NCBI GenBank assembly: GCA_003194425.1
Contig: PQXB01000001.1
Coordinates: 580,444-612,443 of the forward strand
Direction: 5' to 3'
DNA: 32,000 bases
Source: Candidatus Methanophagaceae archaeon
Lineage (GTDB): Archaea; Halobacteriota; Syntropharchaeia; Alkanophagales; Methanospirareceae
Position numbers and translations under genes: made by a program. How positions within the stretch are numbered: position 1 is the stretch's first letter; every line of letters starts with the position of its first letter. The notes beneath the pieces were generated by a model, which searched no databases, had not been told where the DNA came from, and worked only from the letters and a program-made list of their open reading frames with translations. Shown here piece by piece: positions 7,301-15,569 of this stretch.

Positions 7301-9054
7301 ATGCAAAAATTCCTTACCAAAGTCGCGAACCTGAGGCAGCGTCGTCTTTTTAGTAGAAAGGAGAAGTTGGCTGCGCTTGAGCGTAGTTTTGAGCGACGGG
7401 CGGAGAGGGAGCGGGAAGAGGAGGCAGAGCAAGAGGACGCAGCAGTCGAGGATGTGGATTTATTTTTGACAGAGAAGGCGGACGCACCGATCGAGACAAT
7501 TGATGTTACCTACCCTGTTCGCCCGCCCTTTCAGTTTGCGAAGATAAAATACGACGCGGATTTAATGGAACTCGTTTACACGCCGATTGACGTAACACTG
7601 ACCGAGCAGGAGAAAGAAAACCTGAACGCAATTTCCCTGCTGCTTGACAACATTCGCCTCGACCCCGCGATTTTATTGAAGGGCAAGGAGGAGCATCTTC
7701 GCGAGAAGGTGGTGGAGATTATCGAGAAGTACGGCATTGAGTTGAAGCGATTTCAGCGTGAGAAGGTTCTTTACTGCCTGCTGAAAGATTTCACGGGCTA
7801 CGGCCCGATTGAAGTCCCGATGAACGACCGCTACATTGAGGACATTAATTGCGACGGACCCGGCGTTCCGCTCTACATTTACCACCGCATCTTTGAATCG
7901 GTTCGCACCACGGTCTGCATTGACGAGTTAGAGTTGAACCGGTTCGTGCTGCGGCTCGCACAGCTCTGCGGGAAATATATTTCAATAAGCCAGCCGATCA
8001 CGGACGCCTCGCTGCCCGACGGCTCTCGAATAAACCTGACGCTTGCTAAAGAGGTAACAAGAAAGGGCTCGACATTCTCGATTCGGAGGTTCAAGCAGGT
8101 GCCGATTTCACCGGTTGAACTCTTGAAATACGGCTCGGTGAGTGCGGAGCAGCTCGCTTTCTTCTGGCTGCTACTTCACAGTACAACAAGTCAATCCTCG
8201 TCTCTGGCAGCACGGCAGCCGGGAAGACAACGCTTCTCAACGCCCTCTGTATGTTTTTAAAGAACTCGGCGAAGGTCGTCTCGATTGAGGACACGCCCGA
8301 GATAAATATTTACCACAGCAACTGGATTCAGGCGGTAACGCGGGTCGGGTTCGGTCGAGTAGCAGGCGTAGGGAGTGCGTCGTCAGGGTTAGAATCAGGT
8401 CTCTCTGGATTTTTCGGCATCCTGAAACGACCAGGCGACATCGTTCTTTACGACCTGCTCGTAGCGGCTTTGAGGCAACGCCCTGACTACATTCTCGTCG
8501 GTGAAGTGCGGGGCGAGGAGGCTTACACAATGTTTCAGGCAATTTCGATCGGGCACCCCTCACTCGGCACGATTCATTCAGGCTCGCTGCTAGAACTGCT
8601 GGCACGCGTAGAATCACGGCCGATGAGCGTGCCGAGACCGTTGCTTGCTTCTTTAGATTGCGTGGCTTTTACCGCAATCGTCTCCAGCGATTCGGAGTCA
8701 GATTCAGAGTCTCGGCGGAAGGTAAGAAAGGCGAGAGAAGTGGTAGAAATCCTCGACCTCAACCTAAAGACCAACGAACTGCGGACAAATGTGGTCTTCT
8801 CGTGGGACTCGCAGACCGACAGATTTATATTTAAGAAAAGTTTCTTGTTTGACTCGATCGAGCGAGATTTTGGCGTAAAAACAGGGCTTCTCAGGGAAGA
8901 GATGCAGCGACGGGCTGCTTTGCTCGACCGCCTCTGCAGGCTCGGAATCACCGACTACAAAGAAGTTACACGAGCCATTCAATCCTACTACCTCCGTCCA
9001 GACGAGACCTACGAAAAATTTTTGAAAAAGAGCGATGAAGCGAGAGTTGTGTGA
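7301..9054 (+). pseudogene. Type II/IV secretion (FlaI/ArlI/VirB11-like) ATPase interrupted by a 1-nt frameshift near 8179
   Basis: ORFs 7301..8260 and 8251..9054 are two halves of one gene. The first frame reads ...AEQLAFFWLLLH and then nonsense. The second frame is open from 8119 and reads QYNKSILVSGSTAAGKTTLLNALCMFLKNSAKVVSIEDTPEINI. Walker A (GSTAAGKTT, 8206-8232) lies upstream of the first ATG (8251) of the second frame. The downstream part has RPDYILVGEVRGEEA and the GHPSLGTIH box. Confidence 0.85.
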
Positions 9055-9130
9055 GGGGTGCTTAAGGTTCTGCTACCGGCTCGGGAAGAGGTTGGCTGCG
9101 GAAAAGCAGAGAAGAGCGTTGCAGAAGAAA

Positions 9131-9175
9131 GGGAGCGGAAAATGTGGGAGCGGAAAATGTGGGAGCGGAAAAGTG
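9131..9175. repeat. 15-nt tandem repeat x3 (gggagcggaaaatgt) spanning the start region of the FlaJ-like gene
   Basis: Units at 9131, 9146 and 9161; the third is gggagcggaaaagtg. Units 1 and 2 each supply a ggag SD-like element and an in-frame GTG (9144, 9159). Confidence 0.95.
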
Positions 9176-10019
9176 GGCGAAGAAATACTTGGACCACCTT
9201 CTCGTCTCTGCGTTTTTAATCGCTGTTCTTCCGTATTCAGTTGATTCGTTCCTCGAGCGAAGGCGGCGGCGGAAGTACGAGGAAGAGTTCAGCGAGTTTC
9301 TCTTTGAGGTCTCGGAACTGCTCAGGAGCGGAATTGACCCGCTGAAGACGCTGGTAGAGATTTCAAAGTCAGCGGAGTCGGCAGAGTCGGCAGAGTCGGG
9401 GGGAGGTGAGGCGGCGGCGAAGAGAGGCGTCTTGAAGCTTCCGAAGGCGGAGTTGAAGGCGCTCGCACCGCTGATAAAAAACGCAGCGGGAAGCCTTACC
9501 GTAGGCAGGTCGTTCGAGAGCGTGATGAAGCGTGTGGCGAAGGAGACAAAGAGCAAGTTGATTGAGAGGTATGCCTTCTTGGTGGTGACGGCGACCTACA
9601 TCGGCGGAGAAGTGTCTCACCTCATTTTTACAACCTCGCGAGATATGAAGACGCATTTGAAAATACAGCGGGAAAAGGAGAGCGAGCTGCGGCAATACTC
9701 AATCATTTTTTATATTGCCCACGCGATCCTTGTTGCGATGCTGTTCCTGATAAGTGACCAGCTCCTGCCGCTCATTAGCGGTCTTGGAATTGGTGGCTCG
9801 ACCTGTTTGACTGGCCCGGTTGTGCTTGGCGGGGGTTTGGAGGGTCTTGAACTGGAGCGTTACTTCTACCATTTGGCGATGATTGACGCGTTGATTGTTG
9901 GGCTGGTGATTGGGAAAATCCTGCACGGGTCGGTCAAATACGGCCTGCTTCACTCCTCGGTCCTGATGATTGCGAGCTGGGTGGCCTGCGTGCTGCTAAT
10001 TCTTCCGAGCGGGTTTTGA
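9144..10019 (+). CDS. Type II secretion system F-domain membrane protein (FlaJ/TadC-like platform protein, single-domain)
   Basis: 291 aa. It has an N-terminal TM segment and a cytoplasmic helical domain (FSEFLFEVSELLRSGIDPLKTL...GRSFESVMKRVAKET...) as in T2SSF/FlaJ families, followed by 3-4 C-terminal TM segments. It lies directly downstream of the ATPase. The start is uncertain (GTG 9144 or 9159). Confidence 0.6.
   Translation: MGAENVGAEKWAKKYLDHLLVSAFLIAVLPYSVDSFLERRRRRKYEEEFSEFLFEVSELLRSGIDPLKTLVEISKSAESAESAESGGGEAAAKRGVLKLPKAELKALAPLIKNAAGSLTVGRSFESVMKRVAKETKSKLIERYAFLVVTATYIGGEVSHLIFTTSRDMKTHLKIQREKESELRQYSIIFYIAHAILVAMLFLISDQLLPLISGLGIGGSTCLTGPVVLGGGLEGLELERYFYHLAMIDALIVGLVIGKILHGSVKYGLLHSSVLMIASWVACVLLILPSGF
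9372..9398. repeat. 9-nt tandem repeat x3 (gc[g/a]gagtcg) in the FlaJ-like CDS
   Basis: Copies at 9372, 9381 and 9390. They encode AESAESAES. Confidence 0.9.
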
Positions 10020-10045
10020 GGTAAAAAACAACTACTAAACAACTA

Positions 10046-11626
10046 CTACCTAAGTCGCCACTGCCACCTCTTCCGCTTCTTCCCCACCAACTTGCTTATT
10101 TCGTCGCTCGTTACCATTCCGAGAACACGCCTGTCCGCGTCCACGACCGGCAGAGCGGAGATGTTGTGTCGCTCCAATTTCCGAATCACCAACTCCAGAC
10201 ACTGCTCCAAATCCGTGGTCACCACCTTCCGCGTCATTATTTCTGCCAAGCCCTCCTCTCGCTTCGCCACCGCGGTTGAAATGTCCCAGGCGGTCACGAT
10301 TCCCACGAGTTTTTCATTTGCCGAGACAACGGGAATGTGCGTAGTTTGAGACTCGGTAATCAATTTCGCAGCGTCTGCAATGCTCGCTCGCTCGCTTATC
10401 GTCGGCGTCTCCCTCAGCATCACATCCTTGACCAACGGCAGCTCCTCCGTCTGTTTCATCGGCTTGAAGACGCTCTCCGCAGGCGTCGGCAGCCGCTCAA
10501 CCGGTACCGACAGCAAGAACTCCCCTGCCTCAATTCTGCTTTTCAACTCCTCTGCAACCCGCTTCGCCATAAAAAAACTTGAAAGCGGCGAGGTCTTCAC
10601 CTCCTTTTCCGTGCCTCCCTTGCTCCCCTTGCTCCCCTTGCTCCCACGCCCAATTCCAATCTCAATCGCTCCCGACTTCAACTCCTCGTAACTAACCCTG
10701 CGCAGCACCGGCCGCTCCCGCCTGCCGACGCCAAAATCCACCACTTCTGTCTCGATTTCCGCGTCGCTCACTCCCGCCTTCCTCGCCACCTCCGCATTCA
10801 GCACAGGAATCGGAACTCCAAGCCCTACGTACAAACTCACACCGTAGCCGTAGAAAGTAGCACCTCTTAAGAATTCCGTGCTCATTTCCTTCAGGTTTCC
10901 AGAGACTGCCAAAGTACCAAAACGGTTAGCAGGGTCGTGCTGCGTCCCGGCTCCGACCACGTAGCCAGTAGCACCGCAGAGGAAAATCCGCGTGCCGACG
11001 CCAACGGTCTCAAAATCCGGGTCGTTGCAGAGCGGCGAGAGCGAACCCGCCCCGCAGTAGTTCGCATTTCGGTAGTTCGGGAGCAGCGTTCCCATATAAG
11101 TGTAGAGCGTTCGGTCAGTGGAGTTCGTCCCGACCTCGTGCCTCTGAAACGCGTTTCTCGGGTTCAACATCACCGCCTGATTCAGGTCTTCGAGTGTGAT
11201 TGTTGTTTCTACTTCTTTGCGAGGGTAGCAGTCCGTGCCGTAGCCGACCGCCTTCACCTCCACCGCCCTGCCCGCCACTAAATCCTCTACCACGCAGCCA
11301 CCGCCGTACTCCGCACCCCGCTCTTCAGAGAGCTGCGTCGCACCCAAGTAAGCGTCCACCGCTGCGACCCCAGTGTACGCTTCGACATCGTTGAGCCAGA
11401 CCCGCTGCATTTTTATCGGCGGGTCGGCGTGCCCGAAGTTGAGGAAGACGCCCGAGGAGCACATTGGACCGAAAGTTCCCGTAGTTACGACATCCACTTC
11501 CCTCGCCGCCTCTTCTGCGCCCAACTCGCGCACGATTTCGGTCATTCTGTCCGCGGTCACCACGCGAACACTGCCGTCCCCGATTTTTTCGTTTATCTCG
11601 CCGACGCTTTTGGTTTTTGCTCCCAT
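10046..11626 (-). CDS. COG1900 (DUF39) domain protein with C-terminal CBS pair; homocysteine-biosynthesis (aspartate-semialdehyde sulfurtransferase) type
   Basis: 526 aa. N-terminal KSVGEINEKI..G.VRVVTA...VDVVTTGTFGPMCSSGVFLNFGH..PPIKM..VWLN.V.AY.G.AAVDAYLGAT is typical of COG1900. The C-terminal tandem CBS motifs give the same architecture I recall for MJ0100/MA1821. An insertion GRGSKGSKGSKGG sits between the domains. Confidence 0.8.
   Translation of the reverse strand: MGAKTKSVGEINEKIGDGSVRVVTADRMTEIVRELGAEEAAREVDVVTTGTFGPMCSSGVFLNFGHADPPIKMQRVWLNDVEAYTGVAAVDAYLGATQLSEERGAEYGGGCVVEDLVAGRAVEVKAVGYGTDCYPRKEVETTITLEDLNQAVMLNPRNAFQRHEVGTNSTDRTLYTYMGTLLPNYRNANYCGAGSLSPLCNDPDFETVGVGTRIFLCGATGYVVGAGTQHDPANRFGTLAVSGNLKEMSTEFLRGATFYGYGVSLYVGLGVPIPVLNAEVARKAGVSDAEIETEVVDFGVGRRERPVLRRVSYEELKSGAIEIGIGRGSKGSKGSKGGTEKEVKTSPLSSFFMAKRVAEELKSRIEAGEFLLSVPVERLPTPAESVFKPMKQTEELPLVKDVMLRETPTISERASIADAAKLITESQTTHIPVVSANEKLVGIVTAWDISTAVAKREEGLAEIMTRKVVTTDLEQCLELVIRKLERHNISALPVVDADRRVLGMVTSDEISKLVGKKRKRWQWRLR
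10617..10643. repeat. 9-nt tandem repeat x3 (cccttgctc) in the COG1900-CBS gene
   Basis: Copies at 10617, 10626 and 10635. They encode GSKGSKGSKG. Confidence 0.95.
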
Positions 11627-11800
11627 CTTCTTTCTTTATTTTGTTGTGTTATCTTTTGTGATTATTGCTGATTATAAATTCTCCAGTGAAAAAGCCTTCT
11701 CAATTTTGGAGCTTCGGAAAAATTCTGCTCTGTTGAATCTGTTTTGAGGAGAGGGAGGAAACGGGAAAAAGAGTAAAAAGCAGATTACAAACACCCCTCG

Positions 11801-11834
11801 CCACCTTTCACAAAGCCCCACCTTTCACAAAGCC
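11801..11834. repeat. 17-nt perfect tandem duplication (ccacctttcacaaagcc x2) straddling the protease stop codon
   Basis: Copies at 11801-11817 and 11818-11834. The stop (11808-11810) lies in the distal copy. See findings. Confidence 0.95.
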
Positions 11835-14183
11835 AAGCAACTTCGCCGCATCTCCAACATCCACACGCCCGTTTTCGTTGAAGTCCGCTCTCGCTCTTAA
11901 ACCCCCGCCCCAGTCAACCGTTCCCACGACCATTCCCGCAACCAAATGCAGATCGCTCATCGTCGCAGAACCGTCGCCGTCTAGATCTCCTTTAACCCAC
12001 ACTGTCAGCAAAATTGCTGTTGCGCTCTTCGCCCCGTCGTTGTCGGTTACCGTTAAATTCACAAGGTACTGCCCGGCGGAAGAGTAACGGTGCGTTGCCC
12101 AGTTTTCTGTCGTGCTCGTCGTCGTGCCCTCGCCGTCGCCAAAATCCCACTCGTAACGCACGATAAAACCATCTCCGTCTGTTGAGTTAGAGCCGTCGAA
12201 GGTTACCGTTTCGTTCACCACCGCTGCGTTTAACGGCGAGTAGGTAAATGCTGCGACTGGCGGTCTGTTGGGAACGCACTTGCAGGCAGGGCTGCATTTG
12301 TAGCCAGCCCCCGCACCGCCGCCGCACGCGTCGCCCGGCTTTTTACCGTCGCACCCCAAATCCGCACCGCAGTAGGTCGTGTCGCAGACCCCTGTGTCTA
12401 AACAGACGCCTGCAAGGCATTTCTCCAGCGTGCTGTTTGCGGTGCAACCGCAGACGGTACCGTCGGGCTTGTTTACGGTCCGCGTTCTTCCGGTCTCTAC
12501 CCTTTTCGTCTCGGTGACTTTAAAGGAGCATTCTCCGGCGGTGCAGAAGAAGTCGCGGAATTCCTGCTCCTTCTCCTCCTTCTGCTCTGTCCGGCAGTCG
12601 TACTCTTTCGTCGTCACCCACTGAGTCTTGCCTGTGTCCTGCCAGCAGTCGTAGTCGCTGCAGTTCTCGACCAACTGGTCGTCCGTCCAACTCCCGTGGG
12701 CAGTGCATTTTCCTTCTTCGCAGTAGTAGTCGTGAAACCGCCTGTGCCTCCAAACCTCGTCCCCCTTGCACCCCTTGCAGTACGAGACCCAGTTTTCGTA
12801 GTAGTCCGTGTGCTTGTTTGTGGTGGTGTGCTTACACTTTCCGCCCTTACAGAAGTAGTCCCGCTCCTCGCACCCGCTTCCGTAGCGGTAGCAGCCGTCG
12901 TGGTCGTCGCAGTTCTCCAGACGGACTTTGAAATGGTCTGCAGGACCCCAGTTGCCCAAATTGTTCCTCGCCCTCACGTGGAAGAACCAAACGCCGTAAC
13001 TCAAGCCGGCGTAGGATTTGCTGTTTCCCGTTGTGTCGCAGGTTTTGTCTGGCGGTGCCGTTGAAGAGTGGTCGAGTGCGAGGCTGTAGCAAGAGATTCC
13101 CGAAGCCGAAGGGTCCGAGGGCGTCGTCCAAGAGAAACTTGGATTTCTGTTGCAGTACCACACACGCTCGTCTGGGTGTGTGGGTGAAGAAATGAGTGGT
13201 GCAGGAGGAGGAGTTGGAGACGGTGTTGGAGTAGGGGACGGCGTAGGCTCTGTCGTGTCGTCAACCACGAGTGCGTAGTCGTACTGCTCCAAATCGCCGT
13301 ACCTAACTTTGCCGTAACCTCCCTCCCCCCAACCCGTCCCCCAACTGTTCTTGACGACCCAGTAGCCCCCTGCGTCGTTGTAGCCGACGAGCACGACCGC
13401 GTGGTTCGGCTCCTTCCCCCAACCTTCGGACGACAGCACGGGTTCGAATATTCCACCGGTGTAGTAGAAGAACTCGTCAGGCGCGTGCAAGACAACGACC
13501 AGCGGACCGTAGGTTTCAAGCCCCGACTTGTAAGCAGCCGTCGTGCTTGGCGAAATCCAGAAATAATTCCCGACCGTCCACGCTCTGTCCTGCCAGTCCG
13601 AACAGGGCGTGCAGGAGCCGTTGGAGGCTCGGTACGGGAAACAGCCCTCGTCAGGAACGCCGTTGGTTGAGAGGTAAGCCAAAGCCAGTTCCGGATCTCC
13701 ACCACCACAATTTCCACACTGCACGCAGCAGTCCGAGACCAAGTGCTGCTCGGACAAGTCCTTGTCGATTTCGGGGCTGTCTCTTTCAATATTAATCACG
13801 GCTTCGAGAGCGCCCAAAACTGCAAACGCCCAGCAACTCCCGCAACTACCCTGCGACTTAACCGAAGTCAGCCAGTTCTCTCCGTCCTTGTTCCGCCAGT
13901 CGAAAGTTCCACGCGTGGCAGGGGAGGTGGCATTTGTGAGCGGGATTTTTGCTCGTGTTGTGTTGCCGAGCTTAAAACCACAGAGTGCCTTCTTCTCCTC
14001 CGCAGAGAGACCAGAGACCGATGTTTTGCCCGCGGTCCAGTTAGCTCCCTTCTCTTGAATCGCCCTTTGTATTTCTACCAATTCCGCAGCCTCTGCCGCC
14101 GCGGTGGCAGCAGCAGTAGCGACCGCTGCAAAACAGAGAAGAAGAACGCAGAGTCCTTCAGAGACGAGAGTTTTGTAGTTCAT
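11808..14183 (-). CDS. Secreted papain-family (C1) cysteine protease with Pro/Thr linker, Ig-like module, Cys-rich repeats, PKD domain and C-terminal dockerin
   Basis: The catalytic motifs are [20 protein letters not shown] and [15 protein letters not shown]. The linker is [19 protein letters not shown]. The PKD domain reads FTYSP...[21 protein letters not shown]...H.Y..AG.Y.V.LTVTD.DG. The dockerin-like pair is [14 protein letters not shown] and [15 protein letters not shown] prefer the ATG at 14183 ([22 protein letters not shown], a signal peptide), which overlaps the argG stop as ATGA; the ORF track extends to 14240. Confidence 0.85.
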   Translation of the reverse strand: MNYKTLVSEGLCVLLLCFAAVATAAATAAAEAAELVEIQRAIQEKGANWTAGKTSVSGLSAEEKKALCGFKLGNTTRAKIPLTNATSPATRGTFDWRNKDGENWLTSVKSQGSCGSCWAFAVLGALEAVINIERDSPEIDKDLSEQHLVSDCCVQCGNCGGGDPELALAYLSTNGVPDEGCFPYRASNGSCTPCSDWQDRAWTVGNYFWISPSTTAAYKSGLETYGPLVVVLHAPDEFFYYTGGIFEPVLSSEGWGKEPNHAVVLVGYNDAGGYWVVKNSWGTGWGEGGYGKVRYGDLEQYDYALVVDDTTEPTPSPTPTPSPTPPPAPLISSPTHPDERVWYCNRNPSFSWTTPSDPSASGISCYSLALDHSSTAPPDKTCDTTGNSKSYAGLSYGVWFFHVRARNNLGNWGPADHFKVRLENCDDHDGCYRYGSGCEERDYFCKGGKCKHTTTNKHTDYYENWVSYCKGCKGDEVWRHRRFHDYYCEEGKCTAHGSWTDDQLVENCSDYDCWQDTGKTQWVTTKEYDCRTEQKEEKEQEFRDFFCTAGECSFKVTETKRVETGRTRTVNKPDGTVCGCTANSTLEKCLAGVCLDTGVCDTTYCGADLGCDGKKPGDACGGGAGAGYKCSPACKCVPNRPPVAAFTYSPLNAAVVNETVTFDGSNSTDGDGFIVRYEWDFGDGEGTTTSTTENWATHRYSSAGQYLVNLTVTDNDGAKSATAILLTVWVKGDLDGDGSATMSDLHLVAGMVVGTVDWGGGLRARADFNENGRVDVGDAAKLLGFVKGGAL

Positions 14184-15421
14184 TTGCTCTGCTGCTGCCT
14201 GGACTGAAACCCGTGAAACAATGAGAACCCCTCCGCCCACTTCTGCTCCTGCTTCACATCAAACGAAACCTCCTCCGAGTACAACGCGTTCGGCGACGCT
14301 CTGCCCACCACTCTCGCAACACCCTTGCACAGCCGCACCCAGACAGTGCCGTTCACTCGCTCCTGCGTCTTGTCCACAAAAGCGTTGAGCGACTCGTAGA
14401 GCGGGTCTTTCACCAGCCCCTTGTAGACCAACTCGCTCCACGCCCGCTCAACAGACGCTTTAAACCGCAGTTCGTTCCTCGTCAAAACAAGTTGCTCGAG
14501 GTCGCGGTGCGCGGTCAGCAAAATCGTAGCAGCAGGGTGCTCGTAGTTCTCGCGTGCCTTAAACCCGAGAACGCGGTCTTCGATTATGTCGGTTCTGCCG
14601 ACGCCGTGCCTGCCTCCTGTCTTGTTCAGCCACCGCAGCAGTGAAACGCCCCCTTTCTTCTGCCCGTTCAGCGAAACCGGAACGCCCTGCTCAAACCCGA
14701 TTTCAACAACCTCCGCCTCCGCAGGTGCGTTCTCCTGCGAGACCGTCCACTGAAAAATCTCTTCAGGCGGGAAGAAAGAAGGCTCTTCCAACTCGCTGCC
14801 CTCCACGCTCCTGCTCCAAATGTTCTCGTCCACGCTCCACCTCTTGCTCTCCTCCTCTACCTCTGCCTCTGCTTCTGCCTCTGCTTCTGCCTCTGTCTCT
14901 GCCTCTGCTTCTGCCTCTGTCTCTACGGTCTCAAAAAAAATGCCGTGCTCCGCCGCGTACTGCTTCTCTTCCACCCGCGTCAAACTCAGCTCCCGCACTG
15001 GTGCGACTAAGACCAAGTCAGCAGCGGCACGGAAGACGGCGTCGAACCTGAGTTGGTCGTTCCCCTTCCCGGTGCAGCCGTGAGCCACTGCCTCCGCTCC
15101 CACCTCTCTCGCAACCTCCACTACCTTCTCCGCAATCAGCGGTCTCGCGATCGCGGTCCCGAGCACGTAGCCCTCGTAGTCGCCGTTCGCTTTTATCAGC
15201 GGGAAAATGCAGTCCTGCACGAACTCCGCTTTCGCGTCCACCTCCCTGTAAGCGTCGCTCAGCTTCTCGCCCCTCGCCCTTGCCTCTTTCAAGTCCGCCT
15301 CGGGCTGCCCCACGTCCACAGTCACCGCAACCACCTCCTCGTAGCCGTAACGCTCCCTCAACAAAGGAATGCAGACCGAGGTGTCCAAACCACCCGAATA
15401 CGCAAGCACTACTTTTTTCAT
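14180..15421 (-). CDS. argG: Argininosuccinate synthase
   Basis: 413 aa. Matching segments: [47 protein letters not shown]. An insertion [25 protein letters not shown] is present. Confidence 0.95.
   Translation of the reverse strand: MKKVVLAYSGGLDTSVCIPLLRERYGYEEVVAVTVDVGQPEADLKEARARGEKLSDAYREVDAKAEFVQDCIFPLIKANGDYEGYVLGTAIARPLIAEKVVEVAREVGAEAVAHGCTGKGNDQLRFDAVFRAAADLVLVAPVRELSLTRVEEKQYAAEHGIFFETVETEAEAEAETEAEAEAEAEAEVEEESKRWSVDENIWSRSVEGSELEEPSFFPPEEIFQWTVSQENAPAEAEVVEIGFEQGVPVSLNGQKKGGVSLLRWLNKTGGRHGVGRTDIIEDRVLGFKARENYEHPAATILLTAHRDLEQLVLTRNELRFKASVERAWSELVYKGLVKDPLYESLNAFVDKTQERVNGTVWVRLCKGVARVVGRASPNALYSEEVSFDVKQEQKWAEGFSLFHGFQSRQQQSK
14861..14926. repeat. Hexanucleotide tandem array x11 ([c/t]tctg[c/t]) in argG
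   Basis: Eleven consecutive hexamers from 14861 to 14926. They encode the (AE)n/(TE) insertion. Confidence 0.9.
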
Positions 15422-15569
15422 CGTTTACAACTTTCTACGAAAAAGACCTGTGCTAAGAAAGAATACTTTAAAAAAACACAAAAAATAAAAAAAGCAGGGT
15501 TAAATTAATAACCCCTCTACCTCCTCTTACCTCTACTCTTCTTCTCTTTTCTATTTCTTCTTCTCTTCT

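Noticed and set aside
7202-7432. 76-aa minus-strand ORF containing SARLSSARLSSARLSSARL
   Set aside because: The peptide repeat is simply the translation of the intergenic 15-nt array. The rest is antisense to the ATPase 5' end.
8170-8190. Programmed -1 ribosomal frameshifting in the ATPase gene
   Set aside because: There is no slippery X_XXY_YYZ heptamer and no obvious downstream stem-loop at the shift site (ctt cac agt aca). A deletion or a sequencing error is more parsimonious.
9035-9244. 69-aa ORF (…GSGKCGSGKCGSGK…) bridging the ATPase and FlaJ-like genes
   Set aside because: It is a third-frame reading of the 15-nt repeat. It overlaps the better-supported FlaJ-like frame, whose hydrophobic N-terminus follows directly.
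13001-13789. 262-aa alternative-frame ORF inside the protease gene, and similar long ORFs (for example 11878-14207 on the plus strand, 479-975, 1589-2099, 2400-2939, 15984-19606 on the plus strand)
   Set aside because: All lie within or antisense to genes with clear homology-type motifs. They are Arg/Ser/Pro-rich with no recognisable motifs, which is typical of spurious ORFs in moderately GC-rich DNA.
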